From Octopus vulgaris (lineage: Eukaryota): 64,000 nt of DNA. Positions within the stretch are counted from its first letter, which is position 1. Each line of letters starts with the position of its first letter. Below, piece by piece: positions 15,601-28,800 of the stretch. The notes under the pieces were generated by a model. It ran no database searches. It was not told the DNA's origin and saw only the letters and a program-made list of their open reading frames with translations. The stretch is taken from positions 30,380,001 through 30,444,000 of the forward strand of contig OX597824.1 in NCBI GenBank assembly GCA_951406725.2, given 5' to 3'. Position numbers and translations under genes: made by a program.

Positions 15601-18302
15601 TTCAAAGATGAAATATTTTCTGGCTCTAATGGGATAACTTAGTTATTGTGATGCAGTTTTAGCAATGTTAACTGGGTTACCTTGAGAGATCATCAGAAAT
15701 TTTAAAGTGTAGTATAGAGTAGCAACTGTGTTGATTTTGCTGAAGTGTTGTTCAAGACTATCAACTATTAAACTATTTGAGCAGTCCATATCATTCACTT
15801 AAAATTTCTCATACTGCTTGCAACTCCAATATACATGGTAGAACTAAAGCTCTGGTTCTTTGGTGTTCTGCTAGAAATCTTACAGCATCAACAAAGAAAT
15901 GAAAATAATAAAAAATACTGTATTTAAATGTTGGCCTACCTTTAATAAGCATCGTAAAACATCAACCAATTCCTCAATTTTCTGTAATTCTTGGTATCGG
16001 CCACGTACATCTTCAAGTGATACACTTAAACAATTAAGTGCATCTTCCAAATTAGAAGCATCTGTTGCATATGCACACACTGCATGCTGTGCCAGTCCTG
16101 AAGGATAATGTCCCGTTGTAGTTAATGGGGGTGGAAGAGCCATAGCTGAGCCAGTCAACATTGATCGTGAAGCTGAGCGCTGTGGAAGTTGAGATATATA
16201 GATAGCGCTATCAGAGTCATTCATTGGATAAGCTGTTGCCGCAAGAGATAATGAAGAGCTTGACGATGAAAGAATATAACTATCATCCTTTGACTGAGGC
16301 AATGACACGGGACTGGAGTACCTCCTTTCATGGCCAAGCAGGTCTAACTGACTACCAAACTGTACAAAGAAAGAAACAAAACAAAATTATTACAATATAA
16401 CACAACTGACATGACTCACAAACAAATCCAAAATGATCAAACAAATTATTATACTTAAAAGAATTTGCAATATTTCCTGACTATATTGCTAATGAAATAC
16501 GCTGTTCATGACTTGGGCACAAAAAGAAAAACCATAATATATTAGTGTATTATCAATGCTGAAATGTATCTAACACTAATGCCCCAATGGATCCCTTGTA
16601 ACTTGAAAAGGGATTAACTTACAAGAAATATAACCAACCAACAGGTATTACATATATGGAGTGAAAGCATAAAAAAATCCTTAATCAGATACAAATTCAA
16701 CAGGTGTAATAGTGTATGTAAGAAAAAAAAATTACAAAATTTCTTTGTTATATCAGCACAATATATGTAAGAATTTAATAGTTTCTTTTATTTTTTTTAC
16801 ACACCTTATTTTTCATCAAGTGAGAATGGATGCTAACTTGATGGCTTTTGAAATTGGATGAATTTTTTAATTCACTTGTAAATAAGAGGAGTGTAGTACT
16901 TATTTTGAGTACCTAATTTTAGCTGAGATTAACTCTTACAAGTTGCCAAGGACAATGTATAAGCCATTTTTATGCTAGAAGGCAATGCTGATTTATTCAA
17001 GAATATATCCTTCTTTTTCCTAGTGGGATTAAAGTATTTTTACAAAATTTTAATACCCATATATGAATTTTCAATACTCTTAATCATTTTGCATTGCATA
17101 TGATTTTGTTTTCTTCAATGAATAACCTTTAGTAGGTTCCATCAAAAAGGGCTAAAATCAATGTGATGTACCTAAGATGGGAGCACGAGAAGAAAATGAT
17201 TGTTTTTTATATGAATTTCTTACAAACTAAATTTTGACAAAATCCAGTAATCCAGTATAAGAAAATAAAAATGTATCCATTGCATGAAATTTGCTGATAC
17301 AATACAACTATCATTGGTGTGCAGTGTTAATGTAGCTTTTACTTATTAATTTTTTCCTGTTGCTATATTCTTTCAACTGCCAAGGTTGAATACAGTTAGG
17401 TTTATAATATGTATTTCCACATATATTTACAAGATGTTGATTCCTAGGGATCAATTTCCTAATCAAATCATCAGTAAATGAATAATAGATAATAACACTA
17501 TGAGGCGTTAACTGGTATTAAGCTCAAAAATTGAAGGAAGCATAAATCCAGAGAAATTTATTTGATAAAATGCAAATAATTAAATAAACAAACATGGTGC
17601 AAACAGGAAGTCTTCTGACAGGAAGTTTTTATAAAGAAAAACTTTGCACAGAAGAATGCTTAGTTCCAGGTTTTGATTCTACCACCAAAAAAAACAAAAA
17701 AAACAACAGCTTAACTGGAGTACAGTTTTGCACTGTTCAAGATTTAGCAACAGGTGCAGATATCTACAGAATAGTATTTTTAGGGGCTGATGATAAAAAG
17801 TTCACATTCTTAGCAGTAAGAGACCTACCAATTGAGAGTACTGTCCATTCACTGCTAATGCAGAGACCGGTCGACGTCGTGGCGTGTCTTGAGTGCGTTG
17901 TGGAACTTCATAAATTATTAGACTTTCATCCACACCTTCCAATGGACTGAAAAGTGAAGATGTTTCAAAAATTAATTTAAGTGACATATAATTCAGCTTG
18001 AGATCTAAATTTTATGAAAATATAACAAAATCTATTAGTCATATAATAAATCAATGAATATTTTTATACTTATCTATGCAAACACAAATTCATTAAATCC
18101 ATTTTTATTTGAAGTGTCAATGATTCTATCATGCAACCATACCGGTAATATCAATTTCAAATAAGGTAGAACAAGGGAAAAACAATAATGCACTTCACTC
18201 TTTTGCTGAACTGCTAAATTATGGGAACATAAACACACCAGCATTAGTTGTCAAGCAATGTTGGGGGACAAACACAGACACACAAACATATACACACACC
18301 TA

Positions 18303-18346
<44 letters not shown>

Positions 18347-21300
18347 ATGGGCTTCTTTCAGTTTCTGTCTACCAAGTCCACTCACAAGGCTTTGGTTGGC
18401 CTGAGGCTATAGTAGAAGACACATGTCCAAGGTGCCATGCAGTGGGACTGAACCCAGAACCATGTGGTTGGAAAGCAAGCTACTTACCACACAGCCACTC
18501 CTGCACCTATACATATATATATATATATATATCATCATCATTTAACATCTGTTGTCCATGATGGCATGGATTGCATGGTTTGACTGGGCTGGCAAGCTGG
18601 AAGGCTGCACTAGACTCCGGTCTGATTTGGCATGGTTTTCTATGGCTGAATGCCCTTCCTAACGCCAACCACAACGAGAGTATAATGGGTGCTTTTATGT
18701 GCCACCAGCATGGGTTCCAATTTGCATGACACCGGTATCTATCATTACTACAGTTTTGCTCGGCTTGATGGGTTTTCTTCTCAAGCATGACATAATGCGA
18801 AAGGTCTTGGTTACTGCTTCAGTGAGGCTCAACACTCGAATGGAACTCAACCATTTTACCTCCATGAAGCCTAATGCTCAAAAGGAACTCAGCCACTTTG
18901 CCACCGTCAGGCCCAATGCTCGAAAGGAACTTAGCCACTTTGCATCCATGAGGCCCAACATTCAAAAGATGTTCTTTACATGCCACCAGCACATCGCCAG
19001 ATGTCTCAGTAACCAGTCATTACCTCTGTGAGGCTCAAAGTTCAAAGATCATGCTCACCACCTTGTCCCATGTCTTCCTTGGTCTACCTCTACCACAGAT
19101 TCCCTCCACTTCTTTACTCAGCTGTCCTCATCTATATGCATCACAATACCATACCAGTGCAGTCGTCTCTCTTCAACACCACATCTGATTCCTCTTATAC
19201 CTAACTTTTCTCTCAAGATGCTTAGACTGTTGAACATGCACACTGATATTGCACATCCAGCGAAGAATACTGGCTTCATTTCTTTCAAGCCTATGCATGT
19301 CCTCAGCTGTTTTAGCCCATGTTTCACTGTCATGCAGCATGGCTGTTCGCACACAGGCAACAAACCATCTGCCTTTCACTCTAAGGGAGTGGCCCTTTGT
19401 TGCCATCAGGGGTAGGAGCTCTCTAGCCTAATCTTATTCTCACAGCTATGCTCTCAGAGTATCCACCTCCACTACAAACTTGGTCACCTAGATAACAGAA
19501 GCTATCTTCTACCTCTAGCTTCCCCCCCCCCCCCCCGGCAGTTGATGGAGTCTACTTTCTGTATATTTTCAGCATTTATTGTATCTGTGCACTTTCCACA
19601 TACAAAAGTTAGTTTCCCTCTTTACCTTCCTATACATACACACACACACATATATACATACATACATACATACACTCTCACAGAAACATTCTCCAAATGA
19701 AAAACCTATATAGGCATACTGAAATTATATATTATTCAAATGATGACTTTTAGGGATGGTGATGATAAACAAACCTGATTCCTTCTGCTAAGTTACAAAG
19801 CCCTGTTTTTCAGATATCAACAGACTTGACCTTTGCATATAATAGAAAATCCTAACAGCGAGAATAATTCATATATGGAAGAACAGATTTGATAATGAAA
19901 ATAAGTAAAAAAAAACATTGTCTTACTTCCATGTTACTATGATGCTGAGTTTCAGAGAGCCATTTGGATTGATACTAACAGTCATCATCTGTGGATTAGC
20001 TGAGAATAAATCTTTGGTTTCACATTTCTTTTCTCCCAACAAAACAGATTTAAGACTCCGTAATTCCACTGCCTGTATATGTGAAAATAAAATAAAACAG
20101 AAGAGACATTAATTCACTTTAATGGTCTGGATTTGGAAAATTGTTACAAATAAACAATGTGTGTATGTCTATATAATTATTCATGCATGCAACACACACA
20201 CAGATACAACTGAGTGTTTGAAAAGTTTACTTCACAATCATGAGGTCTCAGGGTTGATCATTACATGGCATCTTGAAAAAGCATCTTTTAATGTAACCTT
20301 GAGCAGATCCAAGCCTTGTGAATTAAACTGGGTGGACAAAATGGTGGAACACCATCAGATGGGCTCTCCCCATAAATCAATGGACCGGCTATATCATACA
20401 GATTCTGCCTCAGACTTACATTAAGTGTACAACACGCTGTGGTATAGTCTGTTATTAACATTATAAGTCAATGAATAAGCATTTCAGTTGATCGAACAAC
20501 TGCAATATTCATTGATAAAACTAGCAAAGATCCATCTACTTCATTTATGTGTGAGTGTAAGTGTGTGTTTGAGCAAATGACTGTATATATGTGTTCATGT
20601 GTAAATATGAACATGCTTGAATTTGAATATTTGCGAAATTGTGCTGCCTTTTAAGTACCATATATGATGACATACAAAACTCACAGGCAAATCAACCCCG
20701 ATTTCAGCAGTGTGTATTTGGGAAAAAAGCTTACAAGAGGCCTAGTTTCATCACATAGGATCCAGAGTGAATTTTTTAAATTGTTTTTGAAAAAAGGGTT
20801 AATATACCATCAAATATGGTATATTTGTGCACATGTATGTATGTGCATGTACTACACTTGCCTTTAAGCTAATGATGTCTCCAACCAATGTCTTGAATAC
20901 AAAATCTGGAAGATCCCATCGCTGAGAACCATCCTTTTCTATTTTGCCTTTTGCTTTCCATTTCTGAGTACCATAGCGCATAGTAACTTCGAATACATCT
21001 CCTGCACAGAGGCGTGCGAAACCAGCCATTCCTAAATAATGAAAATAAAAATATAAAAGGAAACAGATTACTCAGTAGTGAAAACAAAAGATTAAATAAA
21101 TATACTAACAGGAGTAAACAAAATAATTATCAGTGCCATCATAGCTAGCCTAACAACCATCCTCACCGTACTTCAGAACCTGACTTCACCTGTAGAGCTT
21201 GATTGCTTCTTGAGAGGAATTGTTCTATAGGGAATCTCAATATAGTAATGTACCACCATCAGGCGTCATCATTTTTTTATAGTTTTATTTTCTTAAATTT

Positions 21301-22842
21301 TTAACAGCCACTTCAAATGAACTATAGAGGTCCTCTTCACCACTAATATTGCTCCCTTGCTTATTTAAATATCTTTGAAGCCTTATTTTTAAATGATATT
21401 GTTTATCCTTGATCTGCTATGACAATTACCTCAAGTACTATCCATTATCAACTCTCTATGCTTCTCAGATTCTTTTTGCATTGTTTTCTCACTACACGCA
21501 AATTTTTCTATTTGTTTACAGTTCTATTAATGAAGTGAACATATCTGTCAGCCAAGAAGCGAGAGAGAGGTGCATAGCATTGTTAGGTCTTACTCTGGTT
21601 GCATAACTCACTGGCTTCAATATTTGATTTCATTATTATGTGATATGTAGCCCCAAACTTTAACCTCAAGTACATCAACCACACCTTTACATGTCCTGTG
21701 TATTACATGTGATACATAGGACATATTTCTTAGCATCCATGCTTCATATATGATAGACAATCCCAATTTTTTTCAACCACCAGAGTAACTTGGGACATAT
21801 GAAAAAAATATTTATATTATTTGCAACATATGACACAAGAACTAACTAAAAGTTTGAAAACAAACATGAATGTGTAAGACAAACTTATGAAAATACATTG
21901 GACAAGTAACAGGAGGATGAGCATCCAGCTGTTACAACAAAATCGATAGTTCAAAGAAAAGAAAAACATTCTAGCCTTTGCAAGAAAACATGAAAGAATT
22001 GAAATAAAACCGTACACAAACATCATTATCTCTCTAGCACTTAGAAACTACTTTGCATATCTAGTCACATATCTCCTCCTTAGCAATATTCAATTATTTC
22101 CAAGGTTCACATTACACATCAAATAAAGTAAAATTAATTTGTTTATTTTCAGTCACTGTAGTACCATTGATTTGAACTACTTGTGTTTTACTACCATACA
22201 ACATCATATGCATGATACAGGCACGGAAGCAGAAAAAGAGTAGAATGTCCACCAGTTTTTTTACTCAATTTACACCCAAGATATTAATTACACTTTTACT
22301 AATTCAAAGCTCAACATTATCAATACTTCTTTAATACACTATCATTGGCTGCTTTAGTTTGTTAGTTATTTTTATTTTTATTTATTTTTTTTTTTTATTG
22401 GCATAGAATTAAACGTAGCATTAAAATACAGAATAGTAAGGGATAGTTTCATCAGAACATATCGCTAACAAAACATACACAAACACATATGCAGACACAC
22501 TAAACAGTACCGACAATCTACCATATCACACATACAAGTGCACATGCACACAAACCAAACAGCAATGACATTGTAGCAATTTAAATTCACAACATAAAGC
22601 AGTAGTGACATGGGAGAGGGAGAGAGTGACGACACAGCATCAATCAGTTGTCAGAATGCCAGGTGAAAACATAAAACATTGCATTGACGACAGTAATGAC
22701 CTCACTCAAATGAGCCAGGGACAGAGGTGGCATAGTCATCACCACTCACAGAGGACATAACCATTGATAAACTCGCAATAACATAATATGCATGGTCTCT
22801 GAAAAAGGTCATGGCTGTTGTCTTTCTTTCCATGCTTAACTA

Positions 22843-22876
<34 letters not shown>

Positions 22877-25800
22877 CCACAAAATTAAGAGGAATGACCA
22901 CTAAAGTAGACACCTAATATGCTAAACATAGATGTCAAATCACCATTACCACGAAGAGTGTGTTCTCAAGAAAAATCTCAGCTATATATATGGATTGGCT
23001 ATTATTTTTCTTTACAAACAAGGACGCAGAGGAAAGAAGTACTCAAAACATCACTAGATGTGTATACTTCATCAGAAACTAAAGTTTCATTCATTTGTAA
23101 ATGAGTTTCAAGCTGTGTGACAATATGTAAGCAAAAGTACTTTTAAACACATCAAAATAGTCAACAGCACATACATATTTAATTGGTTGCTGAAAATAAA
23201 ATGTAAGAAAATGCATCACATTCATCTAATACATGTGCAAATATATATTTCATGCTTTTATGTTCTCAATATTACATGTAAAAAATACATATATAGGCTA
23301 GAGAGTAGCTATTTTTAATGAATAAATTAAATAATTTAATGGTGCCACATAAAAATCACCCCATACACTCTGTGAAGTGGTTGTCATTAAGAAGGACATC
23401 CAGCCATAGAAACTATGTCAAAGCAAATGTCTGGGGCCTGGTGCAGCCTTCCAGCTCCTGTTTAATCATCCAGCCCATGCCAGCATTGAAAACAGAAGTT
23501 AAGTGATAATGAACTTGATGATTTATATGACCACCTTTCAGGATGTAGCAAATGCATTTTGTTGAAAATATACTATTTTAGCCAGTTTATAGTTGGAAGT
23601 TTTTCATATAGCAACAAAAAGACCTGCAAAAATTCATCAATTCTAATCTTTTGTTCCAAATTTCAAAAGGCTGTAGGTGAGAGAATGTTCAATTTCTCCA
23701 ACAACCAGAGATCACAACTTCTGGAATCATTGATGTAGGGAAATGTGTTCTATAACAGACCCATTGATTATGTAATTCTTTATATTATTGATCTTTAAAT
23801 CTCTTATGATAAAAGGCAGATTTTCTCTGCCTGTTACCATGTTTGTTTTTAATACAATTGTACAATATACAATTTCTTCAATTGGAATTTACCTATGATT
23901 TTTTGAAGTAGATTCGATTGGGTCATGGCATATAAATTTTTTTCAATTTGACCCCCAATTAAGCAAAAATTAGATCAAACTCAATATTTTACGATTTGCC
24001 TCTCTCGTTTCAAATGCTTCACTCTTTCTATTACCACACTTTCTGCTACTTTCTCTTTGCAAGTGTACACACACATAGACACGCAAACATATACATATAC
24101 GATTGCCTCTCTCATTTCAAATGCTTTCCTCTGTCTATTACTACACTTTCTCCTACTTTCTCTTTGCAAGCAGGGAAACAGATACACGTGCATTTTTTTA
24201 CGGGAAGTTTTTTTGAAGTTGGTGTGCATCGGAAGCATTGATGTACATGTGTGCGTGCGTGAGTGTGTGTGTTTGATGGGGTGTGTGACACAGAAAGTGT
24301 GGTGTGTAAGTGAAGTGCTTTTGTTAGTGTGTGTAAAGAGACAGAGAGAGTAATGTTGTGCTGTGTGTGTATGTGTGAAAGACAGAGATAACTGAACTTT
24401 TTTTTATTCACTTTTTGTAGTGAGTGACTGAGAGAGAAAAGAAGAGAGAGAGGTTATGTATGTATGGCTTCAGTGACACACACACACAAAAACACATACC
24501 TACGTACACCTACAGCACGCACACACACACACACACAAACGGAGCGCGAACTTCAAAAGAACTTTGCGCTCTATCAATCTGGTTTGCCATTCCTCACACA
24601 CACATACACACGCAAACATATACATATATGACAGTGACAAACACACGCAAACATATACATATATGACAGTGACAAACACAAACGTTTCAAACAACTACTA
24701 ACAAACACTCAAACACACACACACGTGTGTGTTTGTTATTAGTAAAAAAGGCGCCAAACACAATTCACTTTCTCATTCGAACACATTTGCAAACACACAC
24801 CGACGGTTGAATTGCCATAACTCAACAGAAAAGGTAAATTGGTTTTTAATTTACTTTCTGTCGCTAAATTTTGGTAGTATTAATTGGTGAGCGTACTTCA
24901 GTTGTCAATTGTTGAAAGAAAGAAATTGTAAGCTAAGAAGGTGTGTGTATGTGTGCATGCGTGTTTGTGTGTGTGTATGTGTGCATGCGTGTATGTGTGC
25001 GTGTCTGTGTGAGTGTGTGTGTGTGTAGGAAGTGAAGGATAAAAATATGGCAAGAAGTGGACAGATGTACATATATACATACATACATACATGTGTGTGT
25101 GTGTGTGTATGTATGTGTATTAATGTGTGTGTGTTATCTCTCTCTATATAAAGCTGAAGTTGTCTGTGTGCGGCAGGTTTGGTAGCCTTCAACTAACACT
25201 ATCTCCTCCGAGACCCTGCGGCGCAAGTCGACCAAAATTGAGAGTATGATAGAAGAAAGGTTGCTCTTCCTTCTGCACAAGATAAAATTCAAATCGGACC
25301 ATGTTAACACCAAGAATTATTTACATCAAAAAGCTGCTTTTTTTCTATGAAAATCCCTATTTTTTACGATTTTTTCACTTCCGTGTCCCCACTTTTCGGT
25401 GTATTTCAACCAGAAAAATGTTCACTTGAACACAATAACAAGCTACATAATGCAAAATTTTTACTTTTCAAAAATTCCAATTCCAGCGGGTCGAAACAAA
25501 CCCGAGCAATGCTGGGCGATACTGCTAGTGTGAGATATAGTTGAGTAATGCACCAGTGAGATACCTTTCTGAAAGGTTATGTATATATACATATTAGAAG
25601 AATTCTTTTACAAGAGATTTTCAGTAAACCCTATACTTATTTATAAGAGTGTACACACAGGACCTACTCAACCTTCCCATTTTTGACCCCCCAAAAATGT
25701 CCAAGCTGTGACAGCTAGAAAAGAAGTTTACATCCCGTCACATGAGTGATACTTCATCTAAGGATAGATGGCAAATTAGGCCTCTACAAGATTTGAACTT

Positions 25801-28800
25801 AGAACATAAAACAAAGAGACAAAATAAATTACACATGGTACTCCAACCAATAGTAATAATTCTGCCAGTTCACTGCCATCACACACACACATGCAAACAC
25901 ACACACACTATTTGTGTAGGATCCATGTAGAATATGCATCATCAATTACACTCAATGTAATCTCAGAAAAAAATATATCATCTATAATTCACGCTGACTT
26001 TTCTTTACAATAATGAAGAGAGAGAAGGAGGAAAATTTAGTCAGAGTCATAATTGCAATGAAAAATTCTCAAATGCTTTTACCAAAACAAAGAGTAATTT
26101 TGAAAATGACCTTTGAATTTCACTTGTGTAGGCTGCAAAAATCTTTCCAGTTGTGCTTTTCCATCACAACTGACAAATACAGGTTGTGTGATATTAATGA
26201 CATCAACCTTCTATATGGAAGGCCAAAATGTAATACATTCATTTTCTGAAGGTGAATATAAATGAAATAAAGACAAGGAAGGGAGGAAGAAAAGAATGGT
26301 TTATGCTCTGATAGAATCTTAGTAATTTTTATTTTTATTTGTCAATGTGGATGTTTTGTTTGGTGGAGTGATAGGTCTGTAATTACAAACTCAACGAGAA
26401 GAGCTCTTTAAATTTTTTGATATGGATTGTGTTTTCATATCCTTCAGAGTATATTGTATGGGGTATAGAGTGGCAGAGAGGGTAAAGGGGAGTGGATATA
26501 GTGAAACAGTCGGGTTGTGTGGTGTCATAATATATTGTGTGAAGGCCAGGGCATGCTGGGTAGTGCACAATTTATTGTAGTCAAACATGTAGGATACAGC
26601 ACCAATTCCATGGGACCAATCTTTGCCAATTCTAAAATGCTATTAAATAATATTCTGACTTGGTGGTCGTAGCTGGAATACTTCAATATTTTTTTTACCT
26701 ATTATAGCAGGTTATAAGGAAGTCTACTATTTTAACATGCATTAAAAAAAAAGAAAAAATATAAAGATAAAAATAAAACATCAACATGTTCAAAATGAAA
26801 AATGCTTAGTGAAACTAAGAGAGACTGCACACAGGTAAATCATTGTTAATCATTCACCAATCTTGATTAATTCAATTGATCTGTGCACCCATACTCAGAC
26901 AACTGAAGGTCACTGATCCTTCTTTTAGCTGACCAATGTGAAATTATATTTAAAGCCAGTAGCAAAGTCCAGCCAATTTCACTTTTTCTGTCTACAGTGA
27001 AACTTGATAGTTATTTGCAACTGTGCAATGCATTAGTTTACACATGCAGTGATGGCTAAAATCTATGGGTTTGTCCCAAAGTGCTTTTTAGCATAAGAAA
27101 CAAACATTGCTAAAGCTTCTATAATTTAAAACACACACACACACACAAACATAATCAGAAGTTGTATATATATCTTCACACAAATCAATTATAAGTAACA
27201 CTAAAAAGGTAAAATAATTACAATGATCAGAAAGCTTGGCTAAACTGTTGCTACTGTTCAAACTACAAATATACCAAATATTGTCAGTGCTGTCAGTTAG
27301 CAAGCACAGTTATTTGGGGTGTTAGGGTGTGATGTATTGTATTGTATAACACTGTAGGGTGTGATGACAGCTGTAATTTTGTCAGCAACATATGTGAGGG
27401 GTAAATGGGTATGTGTGAGGTTTTATTCTCAAATTTATTAATGGGATAAGAACAAGGAAGAACAACAAACCAACTTTAAACAATGATTACAAATATTTCT
27501 CTTTCGATAGGGAATTACAATTATGAGAGAGAATGAGAAAACTAGATCAACTTTGCTTTTCATCCTTCCAGGGTTGATAAAATACATACAAGACAAATAC
27601 AAAGAGAAGGGGAGACCAGATATGACAATTGTTAGTGGCAGTATCTTTATCTTTCATTTGTTTCAGTCACTAGGCTGCAAGCATGCTGAGGCAAGTTTGA
27701 CTATCAAGGTTGACCATAAGATCAAATGCCTCCAAATCCCCTACATCATCATTTTAGCGTTCGTTTTTCTATGTTAGTAAGGTTGGATAGGTCTTTAATA
27801 CAGTATCTCATTTTATATCTGTTTACAAGTCCTATCTCATCACATAGCCTAGAAATAGTAATTTTATTCCATTCAAAATAACTATTTGCTTTTGTTAATT
27901 CTTTTGTTGAAATCAGTCAACAAGTATAGCATTAAAATCCAACTGACAAGACTTTCAAATTGGTGCCTCCAATGACATCTATAAATTCTTAGAATCATTT
28001 CCTTTGATAAATAGATTTTAGATAAAGGCAAAAGTAATAACATCAACACGCACACATAATTCCAAAAATTGCTTAAAAGTAAATATGAAAATGAATTCAA
28101 TTTAAGATGGAGACTAAAATACAATGAGATGCAGATGGTCTGACAAGAAGTTTACCTCAGGCACATTTAACAGAGTTCAAGAAAATGTCATGAATAATAA
28201 ATTAATTTTTAAAATATGAAAAAAACAACAGAAAATATTGATTAAATAGTCACATTAAAGTCAACAAACATGTATGAGAGGTAGGAGAGGGAAAAGGTTC
28301 ATTAAAAATAGCATTATGGCATTTATTTGGAGAAAGTGAAGGAAAATAATATAAAGTCATATCTTGATGCATCTTAATGAATTCCACTTGAGATTTGACA
28401 AAACTCTAAGACTATTGATCCAAAACTCAGAAACCAAGATATGAAGCACACACACACACACACACGTGCACGCAATCTCTCTCTCCTATAGGTTTCTATT
28501 CAAATCTTTGTTGAAATCTTTCTAAATGCTACAGGAGTTAAAGCCAGGATTTTCTTGTATTAGGAAGATGGGAGAGATACTCTGCCACACTGTTTAAGGC
28601 AGGTAGCTTTCCTCTACAATATATTTTCTATTTCTGATTAACTGAGAGATGGAAGACAAAGTATTTTTGCCTACAAGCAATAATTGCCAACTGTAGATAT
28701 AATTTTGTCTATCATTTTATAAACTGTTAGCTCAATACTTTATTCATTCAGATATTTCGCCACTACATTGTTTTCACACTTTACTTTTAACCAACAAGAA

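Noticed and set aside
18825-18990. CRISPR-like array
   Set aside because: Contiguous tandem units with no unique spacers, inside a eukaryotic LINE; no cas genes or other prokaryotic features in the window.
23981-25192. Cluster of overlapping ORFs (also 8232-8730, 30950-31536, 56760-57053)
   Set aside because: Produced by (CA/TG)n microsatellites or purine/pyrimidine-biased tracts (HTHT, VCVC, SLSL peptides); not coding.
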